DNA from: an uncultured Methylomirabilota bacterium
GTDB taxonomy: Bacteria > Methylomirabilota > Methylomirabilia > Methylomirabilales > 2-02-FULL-66-22
Direction: 5' to 3'
Length of the DNA stretch: 64,000 nucleotides
Assembly (NCBI GenBank): GCA_963705305.1
Contig: OY970067.1
Span: 1,120,001-1,184,000, forward strand
Both the position numbers and the translations under genes were made by a program. This document shows positions 39,765 to 48,827 of the stretch, one piece after another. Positions within the stretch are counted from its first letter, which is position 1. Each line of letters begins with the position of its first letter. A model generated the notes under the pieces. It did not search any database. It saw only the letters and a program-made list of their open reading frames with translations, and was not told the origin of the DNA.

Positions 39765-41051
39765 CTAGAACGTGCCCCGACCCGCCAGCGGGCAGGCCCG
39801 CTCCCGCACGTGCTGCTCGAACTCGTCCCGGAAGTGCTTGAGGTAGCTTTCGATGGGCATGGCCGCCGCATCGCTCAGCACGCAGATCGTCTTCCCCCGC
39901 ATGTTGTCGCACATGTCCAGGAGGAGATCCAGGTCCTCCTTGCGCCCCTGACCCTGCTCGATCCGCCGCAGGACCTTGTGCAGCCAGGCAGTGCCCTCGC
40001 GGCACTGGGTGCACTGGCCGCAGGACTCGTGGTGGTAGAATCGCGAGACGATCTCGCCCACCCGGACCATGCAGGTGGTGTGGTCCATGACGATGACCCC
40101 GCCGGAGCCTCCCATGGAGCCGGCCGCCGCCAGCGAGTCGAAGTCCATCCCCACGTCCAGGTGCTGCTCGGTGAGGACGGGGGCAGAGCTGCCACCCGGG
40201 ATCGCCGCCTTCAGCTGCCGCCCGCCGCGGATGCCGCCGGCGTGCTCGAAGATCAGCTCGCCTAGCGTGACGCTCATGGGCAGCTCGTAGTTCCCCGGCC
40301 GCTCCACGTGGCCGCTCACCGAGAAGATCCGGGGCCCGGTGCTCTTGACCGGGCCGATGCCGGCGAACCACTCCGCCCCGCGCCACAGGATGTGGGGAAG
40401 GTTGCACAGGGTCTCGACGTTGTTAACCACCGTGGGCGATCGGTAGAGCCCCACCAGGGCCGGGAAAGGGGGCTTCATCCGGGGCTGGCCGCGCTTGCCC
40501 TCCAGTGACTCGATCAGTCCGGTCTCTTCGCCGCAAATGTAGGCCCCGGCCCCCCGGTGCAGGACCAACTCCAGGTCGAACCCGCTGCCCAGGATGTTCC
40601 GGCCGAGAAAGCCCCGGCCGGTTGCCTCAGCGATGGCCCGGCCGAGAATGCGGGCTCCCTCCACGAACTCCCCGCGGCAGTAGAGGAAGGCGCGGTGGCA
40701 GCCGATGGCGTAGCTGGCCAGGACGATTCCCTCCAGCAGCTGGTGGGGGTCCTCCTCGATGAGCATCCGATCCTTGAACGTTCCGGGCTCGCTCTCGTCG
40801 CAGTTGCAGACGAGGTATTTCGACACCCCCGCACCCTTGGGGATGAATCCCCACTTCATGCCGGTGGGGAACCCGGCGCCGCCCCGGCCGCGCAGCCCGG
40901 AGCGCTTCACCGCCTCCTGCACCTCGCCCGGCTGCATCTCCCGCAGAGCCTTGGGCAGCGCCTGGTAGCCCCCCAGGGCGAGGTAGTCCTCGATCGTCCC
41001 GCGGTAGCCGGGGACGTCTTGGTATCGGGTGAGGACTTTCTCGAGCGCCAT
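39765..41051 (-). CDS. nuoF: NADH-quinone oxidoreductase subunit F
   Basis: GLRGRGGAGFPTG, DESEPGTFKDR, GAYICGEET, ESCGQCTQCREG. Confidence 0.96.
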   Translation of the reverse strand: MALEKVLTRYQDVPGYRGTIEDYLALGGYQALPKALREMQPGEVQEAVKRSGLRGRGGAGFPTGMKWGFIPKGAGVSKYLVCNCDESEPGTFKDRMLIEEDPHQLLEGIVLASYAIGCHRAFLYCRGEFVEGARILGRAIAEATGRGFLGRNILGSGFDLELVLHRGAGAYICGEETGLIESLEGKRGQPRMKPPFPALVGLYRSPTVVNNVETLCNLPHILWRGAEWFAGIGPVKSTGPRIFSVSGHVERPGNYELPMSVTLGELIFEHAGGIRGGRQLKAAIPGGSSAPVLTEQHLDVGMDFDSLAAAGSMGGSGGVIVMDHTTCMVRVGEIVSRFYHHESCGQCTQCREGTAWLHKVLRRIEQGQGRKEDLDLLLDMCDNMRGKTICVLSDAAAMPIESYLKHFRDEFEQHVRERACPLAGRGTF

Positions 41052-41070
41052 GCCGTCGCCCCGTTCGGGA

Positions 41071-41547
41071 TCAGGAGTGCCCGTCCCGCAGCTTCTCCAG
41101 GATTCGGTCCAGGGACTCCGGGGTCACCCGCTCGTGGTAGATCCCGTCCACCTGGATGGCGGGCCCGCCGCCGCAGGCGGCCAGGCACTCCATCCGCTTC
41201 ACGGTGATGAGGCCGTCCGGGGTGGTCTCGCCCATCCGGATGCCCAGCCGGTCTTCCAGGTGCCGGATCAGCCGCTCGGCCCCCAGCAGGGAGCAGGTGA
41301 GGTTGTGGCAGACGTAGATCACGTGCCTCCCCACCGGCTCCAGGTGCAGCATGTCGTAGAAGCTGGCCACACTCATGACGTCGGCGCTGCTCAGGCCGAG
41401 GTAGGCGGCCACCCAGGCGATGGCCTCCGGGCTGAGATGCCCCACCTCCGCCTGGACCTCGTGCAGGATCGGAATGAGGGCGGACCGCTTTTCCGGGTAG
41501 CGGCCGACCAGCGCGTCGAACCGGCGTCGGGTTTCCTCGGAGATCAT
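41071..41547 (-). CDS. nuoE: NADH-quinone oxidoreductase subunit E
   Basis: VCHNLTC, ECLAAC 2Fe-2S ligands. Confidence 0.94.
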   Translation of the reverse strand: MISEETRRRFDALVGRYPEKRSALIPILHEVQAEVGHLSPEAIAWVAAYLGLSSADVMSVASFYDMLHLEPVGRHVIYVCHNLTCSLLGAERLIRHLEDRLGIRMGETTPDGLITVKRMECLAACGGGPAIQVDGIYHERVTPESLDRILEKLRDGHS

Positions 41548-41601
41548 GCCTTCGGCATCCGTCGCGCCGTCTCCCGGGACGGTGAGCCGTCCCGGGCGGG
41601 A

Positions 41602-42774
41602 TCAGCGGTCGATCTCCCCCAGGACGATGTCCAGGGAGCCGATGACGGCGATCACGTCCGCCACCAGCCGGCCCTCCACCATGCGCGGGAGGGCCTGGAG
41701 GTTCGCAAACGAGGGGGCCCGGTAGTGCACCCGGTAGGGCCGGGGTGATCCGTCGCTCACCAGGTAGACCCCCAGCTCTCCCTTGGGGGCTTCGATGGCC
41801 TGGTAGACCTCCCCCGCCGGGACCGAGAAGCCCTCGGAGTAAAGCTTGAAGTGGTGGATGAGGGCCTCCATGGAGGTCTTGAGCAGCCGCTTGGGCGGCG
41901 GCACCAGCTTCGGGTCGGCCACGTTGATCGGTCCCGGCGTGAGGCGCTGCAGGGCCTGCCGGACGACCCGGTGGCTCTGCCGCATCTCCGCCACGCGCAC
42001 GCAGTACCGGTCGAAAACGTCGCCGGCCTTGCCCAGGGGGACCTCGAACTCGTACTTCTCGTAGCCGCTGTAGGGATGGGCGCGCCGCACGTCGTAGGCG
42101 ACGCCGCAGGCCCGAAGGCTCGGCCCGCTCAACCCCATAGTAATGGCATCGGCCGCCCGGATGGCGCCGATCCCCACCGTGCGCTGCCGCCACAGGGGGT
42201 TCTCCGTGAGCAGGGCCTCGTAGTCGGCCAGGCGAGCGGGGAAGACCTGCAGGAAGGCCTCCACGCGCCGCTCGAATCCCGGCGGCAGGTCCTCCAACAG
42301 ACCGCCCACCCGGAAGTAGCTGGACATCATCCGCTGCCCGCTCACCGCCTCGTACAGGTCCAGGATCTGCTCCCGCTCGCGGAAGCAGTAGAGGAACACC
42401 GACATGGCCCCGACATCCAGGGCGTGCGTTCCCAGCCAGACCAGGTGGCTTCCGATGCGCGTCAGCTCGGTGAGCAGGACCCGGATCGTCTGGGCGCGCT
42501 CGGGGACCTGGACGCCCAGCGCCTTCTCGATGGCCAGCACGTACACCAGGTTGTTGGAGAGGGGGGCCAGGTAGTCCAGCCGATCGGTCAGAGGAATTCC
42601 CTGCTGGTACCGCTTGCTTTCCAGCCCCTTCTCGATCCCGGTGTGGAGGTAGCCGATGTGCGGCACGCAGCGCACCACCACCTCGCCGTCCAGCTCCAGG
42701 ACCAGACGCAGCACCCCGTGGGTCGAGGGGTGCTGCGGCCCCATGTTCAAGGTCATGGTGCGGGCGGCGGTCAT
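41602..42774 (-). CDS. nuoD: NADH-quinone oxidoreductase subunit D (cluster 1)
   Basis: NMGPQHPSTHGVLRL, GYLHTGIEK, DRLDY, EAPKGE, DIVLGEIDR. Confidence 0.95.
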   Translation of the reverse strand: MTAARTMTLNMGPQHPSTHGVLRLVLELDGEVVVRCVPHIGYLHTGIEKGLESKRYQQGIPLTDRLDYLAPLSNNLVYVLAIEKALGVQVPERAQTIRVLLTELTRIGSHLVWLGTHALDVGAMSVFLYCFREREQILDLYEAVSGQRMMSSYFRVGGLLEDLPPGFERRVEAFLQVFPARLADYEALLTENPLWRQRTVGIGAIRAADAITMGLSGPSLRACGVAYDVRRAHPYSGYEKYEFEVPLGKAGDVFDRYCVRVAEMRQSHRVVRQALQRLTPGPINVADPKLVPPPKRLLKTSMEALIHHFKLYSEGFSVPAGEVYQAIEAPKGELGVYLVSDGSPRPYRVHYRAPSFANLQALPRMVEGRLVADVIAVIGSLDIVLGEIDR

Positions 42775-43301
42775 GCCGGCTCTTCCTCCCACCAGCGGGG
42801 CGCGGCCTCCACCGGATAGTCCTTGCGGAGCGGGTGGCCTTCCCAGTCGTCGGGCATCAGGATGCGGCGCAGGTCGGGGTGGTCCGCGAACGGGACCCCG
42901 AACAGATCGAAGACCTCCCGCTCGTGCCAGTTGGCCGTTTCCCAGATCCCGGTCACCGTGGGAACCGCCTCCCCCTCGTCCACCTGGACCTTCAGGCGCA
43001 GGCGCCGCTTGAACTGCAGCGAGTAGAGGTGGTAGACCACCTCGAAGCGCGGCGAGGACTCCGGCAGGTTGAGGCGATCCACGCCGGTCACGGAGGAGAG
43101 AAAGTCGAAGGCGAGGTCGGGGTCGTCGCGCAGGAGGCGGCAGATCGGGATCAAGTCCTGGGGCCGGAGGATCACCGTGGTCTCGTTCCGCCAGACCCTC
43201 ACCTGCTGCAGGGCGCCGCCGAACCGCTCTCGCAACCGCTGCAGGACCAGGCTTTCCGCCGCGGGCTCCTGATCCGGACTCGTCGGTGTATGCTCGCTCA
43301 T
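42771..43301 (-). CDS. nuoC: NADH-quinone oxidoreductase subunit C (cluster 1)
   Basis: ANWHEREVFDLFG..HPDLRRILMP..GHPLRKDY. Confidence 0.95.
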   Translation of the reverse strand: MSEHTPTSPDQEPAAESLVLQRLRERFGGALQQVRVWRNETTVILRPQDLIPICRLLRDDPDLAFDFLSSVTGVDRLNLPESSPRFEVVYHLYSLQFKRRLRLKVQVDEGEAVPTVTGIWETANWHEREVFDLFGVPFADHPDLRRILMPDDWEGHPLRKDYPVEAAPRWWEEEPA

Positions 43302-43416
43302 CGGCTGATTCCGTCGCGAGCCGGCTCGCCCTCACGAGGGGTCGAGCGGTCTCGGCGTCGAGGTCTCGCGATGAAGGCCCCCCGTCCGACGTGACCGGCC
43401 GGCAGACCGGCGGCCG

Positions 43417-43773
43417 TCACTCCCACTCCAGCCCGCCCTTCTTCCACGCGTAGAAATACCCGACCAGCAGGATCAGCAGGAACGTCCCCATGCTTGTCAG
43501 CCCGAAGACCTTGAGCTGCTTGAAGGCCACGGCCCAGGGAAACAGGAAGACGATCTCCATGTCGAAGATGATGAAGAGCATGGCCACCAGGTAGAACTTG
43601 ACCGAAAAGCGCTCGCGGGCCGTTCCCACCGGCACCACCCCGCACTCGTACGGGGAGAGTTTTTCGGGATTGGGCCGGCGGGGGCCGAACAGCATGGACA
43701 TGACGATGTTGAGGGCCGCGAACAGCCCGGCCAGCACCACCAGGATCAGAATCGGTACATACGGCATCAACAT
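43417..43773 (-). CDS. nuoA: NADH-quinone oxidoreductase subunit A (cluster 1)
   Basis: PYECG, RFSVKFYLVAMLFIIFDME, WKKGGLEW. Confidence 0.95.
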   Translation of the reverse strand: MLMPYVPILILVVLAGLFAALNIVMSMLFGPRRPNPEKLSPYECGVVPVGTARERFSVKFYLVAMLFIIFDMEIVFLFPWAVAFKQLKVFGLTSMGTFLLILLVGYFYAWKKGGLEWE

Positions 43774-43821
43774 CGTCGGATAGCCTCGTAGGGTCCGCGG
43801 TCGACCCGGCGACGCGGACGC

Positions 43822-43839
43822 ATGTGAACCTTAGCACAT
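43822..43839. promoter_or_regulatory. putative Rex operator
   Basis: ATGTGAA-CCTT-AGCACAT resembles TTGTGAA-N4-TTCACAA; about 50 bp upstream of nuoA; overlaps TGcTAAGGT on the minus strand. Confidence 0.6.
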
Positions 43840-43847
43840 TAACGCGG

Positions 43848-43892
43848 AAAGAAAAGAGGGGCCCCCAACCTCCCCTCCGGTCGGGGGCCCCC
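43848..43892 (-). terminator. intrinsic terminator after atpE
   Basis: ggggccccc/gggggcccc stem followed by CTCTTTTCTTT on the minus strand. Confidence 0.7.
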
Positions 43893-43899
43893 CGTCAGG

Positions 43900-44244
43900 C
43901 TAGCCGCCGAACGGCTTGACGAAGAAGATGATCAACGAGATGAGAAGCACGTAGATGGCCAACGACTCGATCAGTGCCAGACCGATGATCATCGCCACCT
44001 GGATGCGCGGTGCCGCGTTCGGCTGCCGCGCGATGCCGTCCAGCGCCGCGCTGATGGCCCGGCCCTGGCCGAGGGCCGCCGCCGCGGAGGCGATGGCCAT
44101 GGCGAATCCGCCCGTGAGGATGCTCACCACACCCAGGGACAGCCCGCCGCCCCCCGTTGTCGCGTCGGCCGCCCACGCCGATCCCGCCCCCCAGAGCAAG
44201 AGCGCTGTCGTCACCCACGCCACTCGCATGCTCAGCACGCCCAT
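43900..44244 (-). CDS. atpE: ATP synthase F0 subunit c with N-terminal extension
   Basis: [28 protein letters not shown]. Confidence 0.93.
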   Translation of the reverse strand: MGVLSMRVAWVTTALLLWGAGSAWAADATTGGGGLSLGVVSILTGGFAMAIASAAAALGQGRAISAALDGIARQPNAAPRIQVAMIIGLALIESLAIYVLLISLIIFFVKPFGG

Positions 44245-44359
44245 CCACTCCCTCCTTTCCCGGTCCGACCCGCTGACTCTGAAACCCACGCGCCCGCCGC
44301 CGCCCGCGCCTTTCTGCCCTGCAGGCGCGACGCGCGCTGACGCTTCCCCGCCGGAGCAC

Positions 44360-45199
44360 CTAGTGGCGCTCCTCCCCGTGGTCCTCCTCCACGGCCCCGG
44401 CGATGTACACCATGGACAGCATGATGAAGATGAAGGTCTGCACGGCCGCGGTGAAGAGGCTCAGCGGCAGCATGATGATCAGCCAGATGAAGTACGGCAT
44501 CACCAGCCAGACCAGGCCGAGGAGGATGACGATCACGCTCTCCTCCCCGAAGATATTCCCAAAGAGCCGGATGGAGAGCGAGATGGGCCGGGCCAGGTGG
44601 CCGATGAGCTCGATGGGGAACATCAGCGGCGCCAGCCACCAGAGCGGCCCGCAGAAGTGCTTCAAGTAATTCACCAGCCCGTGCTTCCGGATGCCGAAAA
44701 AGTTGTAAGAGAGGAAGACGGTCACGGCCAGCGCCACGGTGGTGTTCAGGTTGGCGGTCGGCGGAGGCAGGCCGGGGAGCGGTATGATGTCGAGGAGGTT
44801 GCTGGCGAAGATGAACAGGCCGGCCGCACCGATGAGGGGAAGGAACTGCGGCCCCTGCCGGCCGATGATCTGCTCGAGCAGGCTGGAGAAACCCTCGATC
44901 ACCGCCTCCACGAAATTCTGCAGGGGGCCGGGCACCTCTTTCAAGGCGCGCGTGCCCACCACCCCCCCCACCACTAGGACCCCCATGACCAGCCAGGTGG
45001 TCGTGAGGTACCCCGGGAGCCATGCCCCCGGGACCCCCAGGAAGCTCAGGACGTTGGGAAGCTGGACCAGGGGGACGTGCTCGAGCTCGACCTGCCGGGG
45101 GGCATACATCAGCCCCACCACGAGGTTCACCACGGCCAGGCCCCCCAGGAGCAGCCACACGCCCCATCCGCCCCGCTTCCCGTTTGCTTCGTCCGCCAA
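44360..45199 (-). CDS. atpB: ATP synthase F0 subunit a
   Basis: [44 protein letters not shown] start inferred from GGAGG. Confidence 0.92.
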   Translation of the reverse strand: MADEANGKRGGWGVWLLLGGLAVVNLVVGLMYAPRQVELEHVPLVQLPNVLSFLGVPGAWLPGYLTTTWLVMGVLVVGGVVGTRALKEVPGPLQNFVEAVIEGFSSLLEQIIGRQGPQFLPLIGAAGLFIFASNLLDIIPLPGLPPPTANLNTTVALAVTVFLSYNFFGIRKHGLVNYLKHFCGPLWWLAPLMFPIELIGHLARPISLSIRLFGNIFGEESVIVILLGLVWLVMPYFIWLIIMLPLSLFTAAVQTFIFIMLSMVYIAGAVEEDHGEERH

Positions 45200-45222
45200 G
45201 GTCGCCTCCCGCAGCGCCCGGT

Positions 45223-45480
45223 CTACCTCTCCGGTCTTGTGGGCCCCCCTGCCTTCGGATCCCCGCCCCCCCAGAGGCCCACGTCCCGGAACAGATTCAG
45301 GAAGCCGGCCGCGATCCCGAACAGGGTGAACAGCAGCGTGAGCCACGGCTGGGTGCCCAGCCACCGGTCCAGCCCGTACCCAATGCCCAGGCCGATCGCG
45401 GTCGCCGCCACCAGCGTCACGCCGATCGTGCTGAGACGGGCAAGCTGCTTGAGGAGCGACGGCTCCTCCCTGTCGGGCAT
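45223..45480 (-). CDS. AtpZ/AtpI family protein
   Basis: GLGIGYGLDRWLGTQPW..FGIAAGFLNL; upstream of atpB. Confidence 0.88.
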   Translation of the reverse strand: MPDREEPSLLKQLARLSTIGVTLVAATAIGLGIGYGLDRWLGTQPWLTLLFTLFGIAAGFLNLFRDVGLWGGGDPKAGGPTRPER

Positions 45481-45632
45481 GCCACACCTCGCGCAACGCG
45501 CGCCCCCGGGTGGCCGGAAATATCCCTCTTTCTAGCCCTTGACGCCTCCGGTGTCAAGTCCTCCCCCGGCCCGTGGAATCCACGCGAGGAACGGATGAGC
45601 GGGGCGGACGGCGGCTGGGGGCCGGCCGCGGA

Positions 45633-47093
45633 TCAGCCGACAATGGCTGCCGCGCTGGCCCGGGCGAACTCCAGGAGCGGCCCCGGAAAGATTCCCAGGA
45701 GCAGCGTGCCGACCGCGGCCAGGAGCAGGGCGAGGGACAGGGTGGCCGACGGATTCAAAGCGATGCCCTGCGGCGGCAGCTCCCGCATGTACATCACCAT
45801 GACCACCCGCATATAGTAGAAGAGGGAGATGGCAGAGTTGACGACGGCGATGATGGCCAGCCAGACATACCCGGCGTCGATGGCCGCGGCAAACAGGTAG
45901 AACTTTCCGACAAATCCCGCCGTGGGCGGGATGCCGGTGAGGGAGAGCAGGAACAGCAGCATGACCGCCGCGGCCAGCGGGCTCCGCTGCGCCAGGCCGG
46001 TGAAGTCCTCGATCTGGTCGCCCCGCACCGTGCCGCGGTTGAGCAGCACCACCATGCCGAAGGCGCCGATGGTCATCAGCGCATACACCAGGCTATAAAA
46101 CAGGATCGCGGCCACCCCGATCCGGCTGGCCACGATCAACCCGATCAGGATATAGCCCATGTGGGCGATGGTGCTGTAGGCCAGCATCCTCTTGAGGTTG
46201 CTCTGGGCGATGGCCACCAGATTGCCCACGGTCATGGTGAGCACCGCCAGCACCCAGAACAGGAGCTTCCAGTCCACCCGGAGGCCCGGCATGGCCAGGA
46301 GAAACACCCGCACCAGGACCGCCACCCCGGCCAGCTCCGCCGCGCCGGCCATGAAGGCCACCACCGGCGTGGGCGCGCCCTCGTACATATCGGGCAGGTA
46401 CATGTGGAACGGCACTGCCGCGATCTTGAACCCGAATCCCGCCGCCAGGAGGACCATGGCCATGAGGACGGCTGGATTCCGCAGGTTGTCCGTTCCCACG
46501 GCCGTGGCGATGGCCCCCAGATTGGTGCTCCCGGCCACGCCGTACAGCAGGGCCATGCCGTACAGGATCACGCCCGTGGAGAACGTGCCCATGAGCAGGT
46601 ACTTGAGGGCCCCCTCGTTGCAGCGTTGCTCCTGCTTGAGGAAGCCGCAGAGCGCATAGGTGCAGACCGCCATGATTTCCAGGCCGATGAACAGCGACAG
46701 GAGGTCGGCCGCGGAGGCCATCAGCATCGTCCCCAGCGTGCCGAAGAGGAGCAGGGCGTAGAACTCCCCCTCCGGCACGTCCTGCTCGCGCAGGAACCTG
46801 ACCGAGACGAGGAGGACGATGCCGGCGCTCACCAGGAACACCACCTTGAAGAAGCAGGCGTACATGTCCACGGCGTGCAGGCCGCTGAAGATGACGGCAT
46901 GGGTCGACGACGCGGCCTGGCGCAGCACCAGGACGAGGGCCGCCGCCACGCCCAGAACGCTGAGGCCCCCAAGCCAGGACCGATCCCGGCCCCGCAGGGC
47001 AAGATCCAGGACCAGGACCAGGAGCCCGGTCAGCGCGACGACCAGCTCGGGGGCCGCCAGGACCAGATCGGCGGGATTGAACCCCGGCATCAT
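45633..47093 (-). CDS. nuoN: NADH-quinone oxidoreductase subunit N (cluster 2)
   Basis: EGALKYLLMG, FKIAAVPFHMYLPDMYEGAPT, KRMLAYSTIAH. Confidence 0.94.
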   Translation of the reverse strand: MMPGFNPADLVLAAPELVVALTGLLVLVLDLALRGRDRSWLGGLSVLGVAAALVLVLRQAASSTHAVIFSGLHAVDMYACFFKVVFLVSAGIVLLVSVRFLREQDVPEGEFYALLLFGTLGTMLMASAADLLSLFIGLEIMAVCTYALCGFLKQEQRCNEGALKYLLMGTFSTGVILYGMALLYGVAGSTNLGAIATAVGTDNLRNPAVLMAMVLLAAGFGFKIAAVPFHMYLPDMYEGAPTPVVAFMAGAAELAGVAVLVRVFLLAMPGLRVDWKLLFWVLAVLTMTVGNLVAIAQSNLKRMLAYSTIAHMGYILIGLIVASRIGVAAILFYSLVYALMTIGAFGMVVLLNRGTVRGDQIEDFTGLAQRSPLAAAVMLLFLLSLTGIPPTAGFVGKFYLFAAAIDAGYVWLAIIAVVNSAISLFYYMRVVMVMYMRELPPQGIALNPSATLSLALLLAAVGTLLLGIFPGPLLEFARASAAAIVG

Positions 47094-48793
47094 CGTCCGC
47101 CCTCACGCTCGGAGGCCGCGGCGGGCTGGCGGCTCGGCAATTGGGCGATCAGCGCTTCCGCCTCGCGCGGATGCTGGCTCGCCAGATTGCCCAAGCGCCC
47201 GGGCGCTTGATCGCCGCGCGCGGCCAGCTGCCGGGGCTGGACCGCCTTGCCCGCCGACCCCTTCTCCACGATCTGGATGACGTTCCCGATGGAGGCCGCG
47301 CTGGCATTCAGGAAGGGCACCGGGTACAGCCCGATCCAGAAGCAGAACGCGATGATGGGCACCAGCGTAGCGATCTCGCGCACGCTCAGGTCGGGGAGGG
47401 TCTTGTTCTCCTCCTTGGTGATCTCGCCGAACATGGTCCTTTGGTACAGCCACAACATGTACGCGGCGCCCAGGATGATGCCGGTCACGGCGAAGGCGCC
47501 CCACCACCAGTGGACCTGGAAGGCGCCGATGAGGATCAGGAACTCGCCCACGAAGCCGTTCAGGCCCGGCAGCCCCATGGAGGCCAGCATGATGATGGCG
47601 AACAGGGTGGCGTAGATCGGCATCTGCCGCGAGAGGCCGCCCAGCTCGGAGATCAGGCGCGTGTGCCGCCGGTCGTAGATCAGCCCCACCACCAGGAAGA
47701 GGCCGCCCGTGGACAGCCCGTGGTTGATCATCTGCAAGAGGCTGCCTTGCATCCCCTGCATGTTGATGGCGAACATTCCCAGCATCACGAAGCCCATGTG
47801 GCTGACCGAGCTGTAGGCGATCAGCCGCTTCATGTCCGGCTGCACCATGCAGACCATGGCCCCGTAGATGATGGCGATGATGGCCAGCACGAAGACCAGC
47901 GGCACGAAGTGGCGGCTGGCCTCGGGGAACATGGGCAGGTTGAAGCGCAGGAAGCCGTAGGTCCCCATCTTCAGCAGGACCCCGGCCAGGATCACCGAGC
48001 CGGCGGTGGGGGCATCGGTATGCGCGTCGGGCAGCCAGGTGTGAAACGGGAACATGGGGACCTTGATGGCGAAGGAGAGGGCGAAGGCCAGCCAGGCCAG
48101 GTCCTGGAAACTCAGCGAGATCCCCAGGACGTGGATGACCGGGGTGTGGGGGTAGGCCACTCGCATCAGATCCAGGACGTCGAAGGTGTATTGTCCGGTC
48201 TGCGCCCCCGCGTAGAAATAGATGGCCAGGATCCCCAGCAGCATCACCACGCTGCCGAAGAGGGTGTACAGGAAGAACTTGATGGCCGAGTAGAGGCGCC
48301 GGTCGCTGCCCCAGACCCCGATCAGGAAGTACATGGGGACCAGCATGACCTCCCAGAAGACATAGAACAGGAAGAAGTCCAGGGCCACGAAGACCCCCAG
48401 CATCCCCGTCTCCAGGATCAGCAGGAAGACGTAATACTCCTTGGCCCGGTGCTTGATGGACTCGAAGGAGCACAGGATCGCAATGGGGCTGAGGAAGGTG
48501 GTCAGCATCACCAGCCACAGGCTGATCCCGTCCAGGCCGAAGAAGTAGTGGACCCCGATGCTGGGAATCCAGCTGGCGCGCTCCACGAACTGCACCGCGG
48601 CCGTGGATTGGTCGTAGGCGGCCGGGATCCACAGCGAGACGCCCAGCGTGATCAGGGAGGCCGCGAAGGCCAGGTTCCGCAGCGCTCGCACCTGCTGCCG
48701 GTCCACGAACAGCAGTGGAACGATCCCCAGCAGGGGCAGGAAGACGATCAGCGAGAGGATCGGAAAGCCCAGAACATTGCCCTGCACGGTCAT
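47090..48793 (-). CDS. nuoM: NADH-quinone oxidoreductase subunit M (cluster 2)
   Basis: GLDGIS, FWEVMLVP, KVPMFPFHTWLPDAH. Confidence 0.94.
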   Translation of the reverse strand: MTVQGNVLGFPILSLIVFLPLLGIVPLLFVDRQQVRALRNLAFAASLITLGVSLWIPAAYDQSTAAVQFVERASWIPSIGVHYFFGLDGISLWLVMLTTFLSPIAILCSFESIKHRAKEYYVFLLILETGMLGVFVALDFFLFYVFWEVMLVPMYFLIGVWGSDRRLYSAIKFFLYTLFGSVVMLLGILAIYFYAGAQTGQYTFDVLDLMRVAYPHTPVIHVLGISLSFQDLAWLAFALSFAIKVPMFPFHTWLPDAHTDAPTAGSVILAGVLLKMGTYGFLRFNLPMFPEASRHFVPLVFVLAIIAIIYGAMVCMVQPDMKRLIAYSSVSHMGFVMLGMFAINMQGMQGSLLQMINHGLSTGGLFLVVGLIYDRRHTRLISELGGLSRQMPIYATLFAIIMLASMGLPGLNGFVGEFLILIGAFQVHWWWGAFAVTGIILGAAYMLWLYQRTMFGEITKEENKTLPDLSVREIATLVPIIAFCFWIGLYPVPFLNASAASIGNVIQIVEKGSAGKAVQPRQLAARGDQAPGRLGNLASQHPREAEALIAQLPSRQPAAASEREGGR

Positions 48794-48827
48794 ACGGCCG
48801 CTCCTTGCGCGTCGCCAGGGGCGTCGG

